Below, piece after piece: positions 25,626-47,722 of a stretch of DNA of 64,000 bases (positions within the stretch are counted from its first letter, which is position 1; the number at the start of each line of letters is the position of its first letter). Position numbers and translations under genes: made by a program. The notes under the pieces are model-generated. The model was not told the DNA's origin, made no database searches, and saw only the letters and a list, made by a program, of their open reading frames with translations. This stretch comes from the human T2T-CHM13v2.0 reference genome, Homo sapiens. The DNA is taken from assembly GCF_009914755.1 (NCBI RefSeq), contig NC_060931.1; one strand, given 5' to 3'.

Positions 25626-25739
25626 AAATCTGCAGATACCTGCAGGACACAAGGACACATAGGCTTGGCCTCTAGGAGCAGAGGACACAGAGCAGTGAAG
25701 AGGAGAACTGCAGCTCTGGACGCAGAGAAACACAAAGGA

Positions 25740-25980
25740 CCCGCAAAATTACGGAAGTAGCCTGTTCTTTCCAGCTGCAAGCCTGATTGGACAGTTTCTA
25801 GTCCACGGCTCCTGATTGGATAAGGTTTCAGGCCCCACCCTTCATGCCCTGAGTGAGGGAATATTTGATCAGACACTGGGCTGAGTGAAGCAAAAATAAC
25901 AGCCTAGGCTGCAGCCTTCACAGGCAGGGCTTCTTCCTCGATCGGAGCCAGGCCAACTTCAGAGGATATTTGCATTTAAC
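25740..25980 (-). promoter_or_regulatory. Proximal promoter of the ZNF gene
   Basis: ETS core CGGAAGT 25752-25758; two ATTGG (CCAAT on minus) at 25786-25790 and 25815-25819; CCCCACCC box ~25833; octamer ATTTGCAT 25968-25975. Confidence 0.7.
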
Positions 25981-26101
25981 CTTGTGTATAATGTCATATG
26001 CATTTATAAATGATATATAATATTTATTCATAAATTGAAATAATGACAATTATTTTAAAATGTAGGATTTTATGACCTTCCTTGCTGCGGATCCTTTGCA
26101 G

Positions 26102-26769
<668 letters not shown>

Positions 26770-27384
26770 TGCGGGCAGCCTGAGATTTCAAAAGGGAGGA
26801 AATCCTCTGCAGTAAAATATAAGCCACATGTAAATTTTGAATTTTCTAGTAGCCAAATGTTAAAAAGTAAAAAGAAAAAGGTGGAGCTGGGCGCAGTGGC
26901 TCACGCCTGTAATCCCAGCACTTTGAGAGGCCGAGGTGGTGAACCATCTGAAGTCAGGAGTTCGAGACCAGCCTGGCTTACATGATGAAACCCCTGCTCT
27001 ACCAAAAGTAGAAAAATTAGCTGGGCGTGGTGACAGGCATCTGCAATCTCAGCTACTAGGGAGGCTGAGACAGGAGAATTGCTTGAACCCAAGAGGCAGA
27101 GGTTGCAGTGACCCGAGATCACACCACAGCACCCCAGCCTGGCAACAGAGGGACTCTGTCTCAAAATAAAAAAGAAAGAAACAGGTGGAATAACAGGTGG
27201 AATTGATTGCAACAACTTAATCAGCCCAATATATCCAAATTATTATTATTTTAATATGTGATTAGCATGTAATGGTTAATAAAGCATATACATTTTTGAA
27301 GCTAAATCTTTGAATGTAATCTTGTATTTTACCTTTCTAGCACATTGCAGTTCACACTAGCCACATTCCAGCACCCTGTAGCTA

Positions 27385-30840
<3,456 letters not shown>

Positions 30841-30849
30841 TTTTCGGTG

Positions 30850-33800
30850 CAACTCAAAGGAAGTATTGACTCTGATCCTGAAGCTGGGGCATGTGAGAGA
30901 CTGTAAATTTTATCTCTGAACCTTTTCACAGGTGTGATTGTGTCATATAGTTTCACTCAGTATCTGACTGATTTTTCTCTTTTGCCTGGGCCCGGCCTGC
31001 AGTTTAAATTGTGAAATATTCTTAGGTTGAGCACCTAGATAATGTGACTTTCCTGCTTGGGCTCTGCCCTCCCAGGGTATTGTGACATATCTCTGGGCCA
31101 ATCACCTAGGTGATGTGACTCTCCCTTTCTGCCTGGGCCAGTCCGCAGGGGTTACTGCGAGATATCTTTAGGACCATCACCTATGTTATGTGACTCTTTT
31201 TTTGCCTTGAATCTGTTTGCAGGAGGAATGGTTACATATCACTAGGCCCATCACCTAGATGGTGTGACCGTCTTCTACCTGGAACGTGTTTACAGGGTGG
31301 ATTGTGACATATTGCTTTTCCTAGCACCCAGGAGATGTGACTTTTATTGACAGGACCCTGCCCATAGTAAAAATATTGACATATTGCTGGCCCAGCACCT
31401 AGTTGATGTGATTCTCCCTCCTAGTCTCTGCCCACAGGTGGGATGGTCACACATTAGGCCCAGCTCACAGGTATAATGAAGACTCACATATGTGAACCCA
31501 GCCAGTAGAAGATATTTTAACTCTTCTAGCTAGGCTTAGAAAAACAGGCAATGATCTGGGTCTTCTACATGTAGAAAGATCACACAATATATCACACTCA
31601 TGTATATTCTATAAAGTCTTTGAGTGATAAAAAGAGTGTTAAAACAGAGTCCAGCACCGAGGTAAAATTGTGAATCTTATAGGCACACTTAGTTGACAAT
31701 TAAAATTGTCTTCCTCACACATTGACAAAACTTATTGGTGAAGTCTTGACTCTCATATGAGGACACGATACACAGTTAGAATATTGACCATCCAATGTGG
31801 ATCTGTCCAAAGGTCAGATGGTGAGTCATAGCTGGACTCAGCCTACAGGCGCAGTGATGACTCTTATACCCAGACCCAGCCAGTAGGAGAGGTATTGACT
31901 TTCATAGCTGGGCTTAGGCCAAAAAATACAGTTCTGGGTTTTCTACTTTAAGAAAAATCACAGGTGATTACCACACACATGCATGTTGTGTAAAGCCCTC
32001 AGATGGTACAGAGAGTGTCATAATAAGACCCAGCACAACACTGAGGTTGTGACTATTGGATGCACACTCAGCTGACTGTTAAAATTGTCACCTTTATATA
32101 GGGAGAGAGCAAAATAGTTCCTGAATCTCACTGACAGATACAGTCCACAGTTGGATCATGTCGGTCACATGTGGATTGAGCCACAGGAGGGATGTTGACC
32201 AATTTCTGTAACCAGATCACAGGAACAAAAATGACTCTCCTACCTGGAACCAAAAATAGGAGAGATGTTGACTCTCATGCTTGGGCTTAGGGCAATGGGC
32301 ATGATCCTACATTTGGGATTGTTAACAAATGCCTGGGCAAGCACAAATGTCTCAAAGCAGATTGTGAATCTCACATGTGCCATATAAAACCCTCAGGTGG
32401 TACAGACAGTGTCATAACAGGGAGCAGCAAACAGGTGAGATTGTGACTCTCATATGCACACCTGGCTAACAGTATGAATTGTCACCCTCCCACCTGAACA
32501 CAGCCTCCTTACAACGTCCTCAATCTCACACTCAGAGGCAGTCAAAGTTGGAATTATGACTCTCATATGTGAACGCAGTCCACAGGTAGCATGGTGATTC
32601 CCACACCAAGATTCAGCAGCCCTGTGAGGCTGTGGCTCTGCTACTGGGACACTGTAAGTGGGGTTCAGGCTCTCATGCACACAGCCAGTCCACTGTTGAG
32701 GTTGTGAGTCAAATACTTAACCATATCTCGCAAGATATGTTGACTGTCATAAGTGAAGCCAGGACATTTGTGGGGTTTTAAATCTTATCTTTAAACCTTT
32801 CTGCAGGTGTAATTGTGACATATACATTTTCCCAGCCTCTGATTAATTTTACTCTGTTGCTTGGGCCCAGTGTACAGTTGAGATTGTCACATATACCTGG
32901 GCCATGCAGTATATTCAGTTCCTCTTCTGCATGAGAGCTGTCCTCAGGGGAAACTGTAATGTATCTCTGGACCAATCATCAAAGGAAGTGACTCTCCTTT
33001 TCTGCCTGGGTCCTGCCCTTAGTTGGGATTGTGACATATCACAAGACCTTTAACCCAAATGATATAACTCTTTTTTCTGGGTTCTAATTACAGAAGGCAT
33101 TGTGAAATATCTCTAGGCCCATCACCTACGTGATGTGACTCTTCTTTCCTGCCTGAACCCTGCCCCCAAGAGACATTGTGACATATCACTGGGTCCAGCT
33201 TCCAGGTAATGTAACAGTCCTGCCTTGGCCCTGCCCACGAGGGGCATTGTGACATATTGCTGAGCCCAGTACCTAGGTGATATGACTCTCCTGAATTGCC
33301 CCTGCACTCAGGGGAGACTTTTGACCCTGCCCAAAGTGGCAATTGTGACATATCTTTGGCCAGCACCCAGGAGATCCAAACTTTGTTCCTGGTCTCTCTC
33401 CACAGTTGGAATTGGGAACTACACATGGGCACAGCTTACAGGTGGAATGATGACTCACACCTGAAGATATTTTGACCTTTGTAGTCTTAGGGCAAAAACT
33501 AAGGTCCTGTGTCTTCAACTTGTAGGATGGTCACGGAATATTACAACTTGCATGCACGTTGAATGAAGCCCTCAAATGCTACAAAGAGTGCCAAAATAGA
33601 GCCCAGCTAAAACTGTGGTAAAACTGTGGCTGTTGTATGCAAACTCAAATAAAAGTAAGGATTATCAGCCTTCCACATTAACAGAACCCACTGTTGAGGT
33701 TCTGAATCGCTCACCAAGAGGCAATCAAGTTGGAATTGTGACTCTCATGCATCAATCCAATCGACAGATGAGATGATAACACCAAGTCCAGGATTTAGAA

Positions 33801-35890
33801 CACCTGGGGGCTGTGCTTCCCCTATCAAAACACAGTCTGTTGGTGAGATTTGGGCTCTCGTGCATTGATTTAGTCCACTGTTGTGACTGACTTGCATAGT
33901 TGAACTCAAACCCACAAGAGGTGTTGACTCTTATACCTTTAGCAGGAAAATGTCCCGGATTGTGAATTTCTGCTATTGACCGGGTCCAGGTATGAGTTTC
34001 ATTGCTGTTTCTGTGTGAGCTGGGTTAAAAAATGAGTCACTATCTCACCTGTAGCTGCATCTATATATGACAGTCACAATTCCAAGTCTGGATTGCATTT
34101 GAGTGTGAGATTTAGGACCTCACCAGTGAGAACTGTCTATGTGTGAGGGTGACAATTCTATCAGATGGATGTGCATATGAGAGTCACAATCTCACCTTCG
34201 TTCTGGGTCCTGTTATGACACTGTATCATTTGAGGGCTTTATACAATATACCTTGATATCATAATACACTATGACCTTTATTTAAGTAGGAGACCCAGGA
34301 CCTTATCTGTTGCCCTAAGCCTAGATATCAGAGTCAAAATCTGTTCTCTTAGCTGGATCCAGGTATGAGAGTCATCATCTCACCTGTGAGCTGTGACCAT
34401 GTATATGTCGCAATTTCACCTGTCATCAGGAAGCAGACATGAGAGTCCTATCACCTGGGTGCTGGGTAAGTGATATGCCACAATTCTTACTTGGGCAGGG
34501 TCCAGGCAACAGAGGAGAGACACATCACCTATATGACTGGCCCAGCAATGAGTGAAAATCCTCTTTCAGTGCAGGGCCTATTCAGGAGAGTCATATCACC
34601 TAGCTGCTTGGCCAAGCAATATATCACAATGCCCCCTTTGCACAGGGCCAAGACAGGACAGTTACATCACCAGGGAGCTGGGTCCAGCTACGTGTCACAA
34701 TTCCTTTTGTGGAAAGTGTCCAGGCAGAAAAGCAGAGTCACATCACCTAGGCCCAGAGAGACGCCACAATGCCATTTGTGGGCTGGGCCCTGGGAGAAGA
34801 ATAACATCACCCAGTGCTGGGCCCAGCAATATGTTGTGATCCCAACTAGAAAAAGGTTCCAGACAAGAGAGGAGAATCACATCATCATGTTGATAAGCCA
34901 AGAGATATTTACAATCCCCCCTGTGCACATGTCCCAGGCAGAAGACTTGAATTACCTTTTTACTTAGACCAGTAATGTCACAGTGCTTCTTCAGGGCAGG
35001 GCACAAACAAGACAGGACAGTCACATCATTAAGTGCTAGGCTTAGTGATATGTCGTAACTTCACCTGTGGGCAGGGTCCAGGCAGGAGAAGATTTACTTC
35101 ACCTAGGTGCTCAGTAAAGAGATACATTACAATACCTTTCAGGGAAGTAGCCAGGCAATATAGTCACAGTACCTTGGTACTTGGCCCAGGTATAACTCAT
35201 AAGATATCTGTGTGTTGAGCCCAGAAGGACTATCAAATTACTAAGGTTCTAGGTAGAAGTGCGTGTCACAATTAAACTTGCAGGAAGGCCCAGGAATGAG
35301 ACTCCCAATTCCACACATTTCCCCACTCTGGGTGTAAGATTCAACCATTCCTGAGACTTAGGTCCAAGTACATGAGTCACAATCTCAACAGTGGATTGCA
35401 TCCTCTCATGAGAGCCCCAATTTCTTCTCCAAGCTGTGTCCCAGTAGGGGAGTCACAACCTCAGTGCTGTGCTGAATCCTGGTTGGAGAGTCCCCACTTC
35501 ACCTGTGGACTGGATCCGTATATGAGAGTCTCAATTCCAACTCTTGACTGCCCCTGGGTGTGAGATTCAGAACCTCAATTGTGACTTGTGTACACTTGGG
35601 CATGTGACAATTTCTACTTTTGGCTGTGTGTTCATACAGGACTCTCAATCTCACCTGTGTTCTGGGCCCTGTTATGAGACTTTCTCTACTCTACCACCCA
35701 CGGGGTTTATTCAATGCATGGGTGTCATAATCATCTGTGATTTTCATACGAGTAGAAGACCCAGGACCTTACCCATGGCCCTAGTCCTATTTATGAGAGT
35801 CAAAATCTCTCTCTTTGGCTGTGCCTATGTGTAAGAGTTATTACAATGCCTGTAAGCTGGGTCAAAGTATATGTCACCATCTCAGCTGTG
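30850..35890. repeat. Complex satellite (SATR1/SATR2-like): ~70-76 bp units embedded in longer higher-order units
   Basis: Repeated attgtgacatat-ggcccagcacctaggtgatgtgactctc-gcctgggccctgccc (e.g. 33100, 33176, 33246); reverse-complement copies from ~33985 on. Confidence 0.8.
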
Positions 35891-36011
35891 GGGATGCACG
35901 GGCAGGTGCAGTGAGAGTTGAGATGGGAGGAGGGTTGTGATGTCCTCTGTCAGAATGTAATTGTTATTGTTTTGGGGCTGTTTTTAGATATTGTCAAATA
36001 AAATAAATTTA

Positions 36012-36341
<330 letters not shown>

Positions 36342-36849
36342 TTAATAAATAAAGTAGTGTTGCAATGGGGGGAAGCACCAAATATAATATCTGCAAACGT
36401 CTCAAAAGTTAGGCTGAAAAGGGCTGTCATTCATATGGAGGAGCAAGCAAGATTAGAAAGAAGGTGGGAGAGGAGGGCAGAATGGAGGGTGGCAAAATCA
36501 ACGCAAGATTAGAGAATGTTGCACCCTGAAGTCAGCCTGTTCTTGGGAGGGACATCAAGAGGGGTTGTATGTTTGCTCAGACTGGAGGTGGGGCAGAGTC
36601 CAGGGGTCTGGGGGAAAGAGAGAAACTTAAGCAAAGTTTGCTTAACAAATATTTTATTCTGAATCCTGAAGACAAAATTATTTAAATGTGTGTGAAGAAC
36701 AATGGGAATGTGGAGTCTGTGAATCTGTGATATCTAAAAGTGGGCATATCATCTCAGTCATAATGGTAAGGATCTTTCTTTGCAGTAAGCTGTTCTTACG
36801 GAACACAAAGCATTAGGGAGTTTTCTTAATTGTAACTATTTACCAGGAC

Positions 36850-37250
36850 GCACTACCCACCCCGTCTTTCTCTCCCACTTACTTTTCTGTGCTCTATACA
36901 TTTTTTTCCAGTTGTCATTTCCTGAATTGTATTCTTTATAGTAACCTGGTAAACATAGGTAGAGTGTTTTGCCAAGTTCTGTGAGTAGTTTTCTCAAATT
37001 ATTAAACTTCAGGGAGAAATTTATGAAATCCCATGATTTATACATACCTGCTTAGGGGTATAGATGGGCCCCTGGTGCTTGTCCCTGGCATGTGCATTGG
37101 GGACTATATTGAGGAACTGAGTCCTGAAGTGATCGGGTCATGGTGACTCTGGATTCTGTCAGAATTGAGTTGTTGAACATCCAGTTGGTGTTGAAGAGTT
37201 GGCTGGTGTTCAGCAAATGCCAGATATTTGGTGTGAGAACAAAGACATCA
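36850..37250 (+). mobile_element. LTR fragment, MER21-like
   Basis: ttcctgaattgtattctttat and agttctgtgagtagttttctcaaattatt resemble recalled MER21 sequence. Confidence 0.45.
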
Positions 37251-37779
37251 CAGCAGCCTTGGTTGGAGGGAGACTGTGGGTCTTTTGGGGAATGGAGACT
37301 CTATTCTTCTGCACACAAGCTGTTGCGCTGTGAATTGTCCTGTGATTCCAGGTCTCATCCGGGTTCAGAGGAAACTGAGAACTCAAAGGAAAGCAACTCT
37401 GAGGACAGGCTCCTGTCCCCACCCTGTTGCTAGAAAGTGATTCCTGCACACTCACACCCATGCACACTGGGCAGTGATGTAGCCACACTCCTCCCATGAC
37501 AAGGCTTCACCCTCAGAAATTGTGCTGAGAGAACTTCTCCTTCTAGAGTTTTCTGCCAATAGGCTATGTAAGTGCCGAGAGGACTCATGGCTTATTTTTA
37601 TGCCCAGATCTTGAATCTGCACCAGTGACCCATTTTCTCCACTAGCCTAGGCTTCTGGGTCATCCATCCCTCCCATCTGCCTGCATGCACACATTTATAA
37701 GTCAGAGCTACCCTGTCTGGACCAGTGTCCGTAGCACTAGCCAGTCTTTTCACCAACTGGGTACTGTTCCCTACCCATA

Positions 37780-38085
37780 GGTTTTTTTCCTTTCCTTTCC
37801 TTTCGTTTCATTTCCTTCCCTTCCCTTCCCTTCCTTTCCTTTTCCCTTTCCCTTTTCTTTCTTTCTTTTCCTTTATTTCCTTTCTTTCTTTCCCTCCCTT
37901 TCTTTTCCTTTCTTTCTTTCCCTCCCTCTTTCTTTCTTTCTCTTCCTTTCTTTCCCTCCCTCTTTCTTTCTTTCTTTTTCTTTCTTTTTCTCTTTCTTTC
38001 TTTCTTTTTTCTTTCTTTCTTTCCTTCCTTCCTTTTCTTTCTCTTTCTTTCTTTCCTTTTCTTTCTTTCTTTTTTTATTTTTTTG
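37780..38085 (+). repeat. (CTTT/CCTT)n polypyrimidine tract grown from an Alu tail
   Basis: ~300 nt almost purely C/T, abutting the minus-strand Alu at ~38075-38368. Confidence 0.9.
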
Positions 38086-38086
38086 A

Positions 38087-38245
<159 letters not shown>

Positions 38246-39517
38246 TAGTAGAGATGAGATTTCACCATGCTGGATAAGCTGGTCTCGAACTCTTGACCTT
38301 AGGTGATCCACCCGCCTCGGCCTCCACAAAGTGCTGGGATTACAGGAATAAGCCACTGCGCCCAGCCCCCATAGGTTTTTTTTTTTATAACACCTTCTCT
38401 TATTCTGTCTTCTTCTTTTCCACAAACACTCTTTCACAAACACAAGGCCACACCTCTGATGCCTAAATACAAACCCTACTGGAAATCATATGTCCATGAG
38501 TTCAGGATAAATTTTTTGGACCTGCTTATTGTAAGCATAAATACAAAATAAAGACAAGACACTTAATCATTCAACTAAAAAATAAAAATGGGAATTTACT
38601 CTTCTTTTTTTCTTAAAATGTTAAATACCTTTTACATGTAAATTCTTTCTCTGCTTTTTATCTTTTTTCTTGTCTTTTCAATATTTATGAAATCTATTTC
38701 TGTTCTAATTTTATTATTTTTTCTTTTTCTTTTATTTATTTTTATTATTTATTTATTTATTTATTTTGAGACAGAGTTTTGCTTTTGACACCCAGGCTGG
38801 AGTGCAGTGGTGCAATCTCGGCTTATGGCCACCTCCGCCTCCTGGGTTCAAACGATGCTTCTGCCTCAGCCTCCTGAGTAGCTGGAATTACAGGCGCCTG
38901 CCACCACACCTGGCTAATTTTTGCATTTTTAGTAGAGATGGGGTTTCACCATGTTTCCAGGCTGGTCTCGAACTCCTGACTTCAGGTGATCTGCCCACCT
39001 CAGCCTCCCAAAGTGCTGGGATTACCGGCGTGAGCCACCGAGCCCGGCCTGTTATTTTCCTTATTTTGCTAACATTGGGATTATTTATTTGTTCTTTTTC
39101 AAGTATTTTGTGAATTAAAGTTATGTTTTCTATTTGACATCTTTTCCTTTTTGTTAATATAGAAATATAGCATTATAAACTTCTGATTTAGAACGGTTTT
39201 GTGGGTTTTTTTAATTGTATGTTGTTTCTATTTTCTTTTTTCTCATTATACTTTCTGATTTCCCTTTGCTTTTTCTCTTTGACCCATTGGTTGTCCAGGA
39301 ACATGTTGTTTACTGCCCACATATTTGTGAGTTTTAAAATTTTTCTTGGGCTATTGATTTCTAGTTTTATTAAATTGTAATTTTAAAAACTGATATGGCT
39401 GGGTGCAGTGACTCCTGCCTGTAATCCCAGCACTTTGGGAGGCCTAGGCAGTTGGATTACCTGAGGTCAGGAGATTGAGACCAGACTGACCAACATGGTG
39501 AAGCCCCGTCTTTACTA

Positions 39518-39811
<294 letters not shown>

Positions 39812-40067
39812 TCATACTGCTACATGAAATAGTCTACATATGTCTGGGGTTTGCAGTGTTCCTCAGCGCTATCCAAGCACATTGTTTTCTTTCTAGTTTT
39901 CTGTCTGAATAATCTATTGTTTTCAGTAGAGTAACAAAGTCCTCTATTATTGTCATATTTGTTTTTTCTAAAGTTCTGTTTATATATGTTTATATATTTA
40001 TGTTCTCCAATATTGGGTGCATATATTTTTTAATTGTTATATCCTCTTGACAAATTATCCTCTTTTT

Positions 40068-43867
<3,800 letters not shown>

Positions 43868-44263
43868 CAAATTATCCTCTTTTTATTATAGAGTGATCTT
43901 TGTCTCTTGGGACAGATTTTTTTCTAAAAGTCTGTTTTTTTCTGATATAAATATAGCCACACTTACACTCGTTCAATTATTATTGGTATGGGTTTTTAAA
44001 ATTCTTTAACCATTAACCTATGTGTGCCCTTAAATCTAAAATAAGTCACCTGTGTGAAGCATACTGTTGATCCTTAAAATCTATTTAGACATTCTGTGAA
44101 TCTTTTCATTTTCTGCTTTAATAACAGAATATTCTAGAGTTGGTATTTTATAAAGAATAGAAGTTTACTTAGCTCACAATTTTAGATTATGGAAGTCCAA
44201 GACCAACCCCTTGACATCTGATGAGAATCATATTTCCACATCACAAAATGGCCAAAGGCATAA

Positions 44264-44780
<517 letters not shown>

Positions 44781-47382
44781 TAGTAGAGATGGGGGTTTCT
44801 CCATGTTTGTCAGGCTGGTCTCGAACTCCCGACCTCAGGTGATCTGCCCGCCTCAGCCTCCCCAAGTGTTGGGATTACAGGCGTGAGCCACGACTCCCAG
44901 CCTCTTGATTCCTTTTTGTGTATATACTACAAATTTTCTTTTAATTACCAAGAGACTTACATAAAACATCTCGTAACAGTCTAGCTTAAGATAATAACAA
45001 TTGAGCCTCTATGTATAGAGACTCAACGATTTTACTCTCTTCAATACATGATTTATATCACTTTACATTTTTATACTGTGTATCTAATAACAAATTATTT
45101 CAATTATATGTATTTTTAATACTTTTGTCTTGTAGCTTTTATCCCTGAGTTAAAAGCAATTCATCCACCACCATTACACGTATCACTAGTATTTTACTCA
45201 TTTTTCTCCACCTGTAATTAAATAATGATGTAATTTAATACCAATATTTATTTTATATATAATCTCACAGTATTATAAAAATTATATATTTTTTGCTTTG
45301 CAATATTATTTTCTTGTTCATATGGCTGTATTATAGATCTTATATTTTGTGTAATAGCACCCATATATTAATAACATAACATTACCTAGTATCTTTTAAA
45401 TACTTATTAATTAAAAGGTTCCACTTTCATTAGTCTTTTATTAATTCTTATAATGCATTTTTTGTGAAATTTTACTGCTATACATTGCATGCCAATAATT
45501 AAACATGCCAAAGTTCACATTTGAAAACTTAGTTATTTAAAGAATTATTTTTCTGATACATCTATGCTAATATTCAGTATTTTGTAGGTCAACATGTTTC
45601 ATTTTTTAACTCCATTTTACTGCATTTTTTTCATATAGGTTTCCTTTGATTAATAAATTGTATTTTTGTTTTTAACATTATATTTATGATTTGGATGGTA
45701 ATTTTTCACTCTGTATTATTTATAAAAATGTGGTGTTTAATTAAAATATAAATTGCTGGGTTTCACTTGGGGCAAATTTAAAGAAACAAGTATAAGTCAG
45801 ACATTTCTTTCTTTTTTTTTTTTTTTGAGATGGAGTCTCACTCTGTCATGCCCAGGCTGGAGTGCAGTGGTGAGATCTCAGCTCACTGCAACCTCTGCTT
45901 TCTGGGTTCAAGCAATTCTCCTGCCTCAGCCTCCTGAGTAGCTAGGGCTACAGGGTGGGCCACCATGCCTGGCTAATTTTTGTATTTTTAGTAGAGACAG
46001 TGTTTCACCATGCTGGCCAGGCTGGTCTCGAACTCCTGACCTCGTGATCCACCCGCCTCAGTCTCCCGAAGTGCTGAGATTACAGGCGTGAACCACCACG
46101 CCTGGCCCCATAAGTCAGACATGTCTATTGCCTATAAAAGTTACTTATGTGATATTTGCCTGTACAAATATTGCCCCATTTTATTAATTATCTTGTTTAT
46201 TTCTTTTCTCAGGTGGTTGTGTTTCATTGCCTAGATGAGTAGTAAAAAAGGCAGTCTAAAATTACCGTCTATTTATTGTTTGAATATATGTTGAGTGAGA
46301 AAAACACTTATTTGAAGTAATTTTTGAAAAATATAACGTTTTGATACATATAAATATTTGTGATTAAAAACATAAAATTACTATCTTAAACATTTTAAAG
46401 TTGTACATTTCAACTATATGTTTAGTACTTTTAAGTATATTTACATTTTTTGAAAGAGATCTCTGGATCAATTTTATCTTTAAAAAGTACAATTTAATGT
46501 CCAATAAACTGTCTTCTCTCTTTTCTGCTTCTGGAGAACATCATTTTACTTTCTGTTTTGTCTGTCTCTTTTTGACTATTTTATTTCAGTCAACATATTT
46601 TTTCCCCACATCTTTAATTTTTAAAAATGTTATTCTGCTCTCAGTTCAGATTCATCAGGAAATTGAATCATATCCAGAAGAATTAAAACTGAAAGACTAA
46701 TATGTTTGTTAAAGCAATGCAGATTGCCATAGTAATAAACCCTAAAATTTCAAAGGCTTAGCAAAATAATACATTTTCTGCTTACATAGACATCCCCTTT
46801 GGTTTATTTCTGGTTAAGAAAACTTCTTTGTGATTATTCGGAGATTAGATTTGTAAAAATATTCTAACTGCATTTTCCTCTTCCTTCACCCAATAGATGA
46901 AAAAAGATGCAAAGAAGACATATTTGCTTTTTATCCACACATCATTTCCAATCACTATGCTGAGCAAAGTCAATGTGAGCAGAGCTGAGAATAGCAGTTT
47001 TCTGGCAGGAGGGCCACTTCTGAGCAAAAAATGACACAATAAAAGTATAAATATTTAATAGTAAGCTAATATATTTTCAGCAAATTAAGCATATGCATTA
47101 ATAAAATTATTGTGGTATAATATTCATTTTGTTGATTCCTATTGCGCTCAGGTAATATCAGATAAAAAACCAGCAAATATAGAGCAAAAATAGTTATTTG
47201 AAATGGAAATATTGTGAATAAAGTTATTGTCAATTAAAGTAAAAATATTTTTATCTCCTACTAATCGTCTTACCTATAGTTGTACAGTATCAAATGCTTT
47301 TTATTAACAACTGTACTTCATATAAGTATTCCATTTATATCACCCTTCTTCATGGTTTCAATGCCTTCTGCACTTCATATCA

Positions 47383-47722
<340 letters not shown>

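Noticed and set aside
32450-35834. ORFs within the satellite, and a CRISPR-like reading of the repeats
   Set aside because: Degenerate tandem units with no constant repeat/unique spacer structure; eukaryotic context; no recognisable protein motifs
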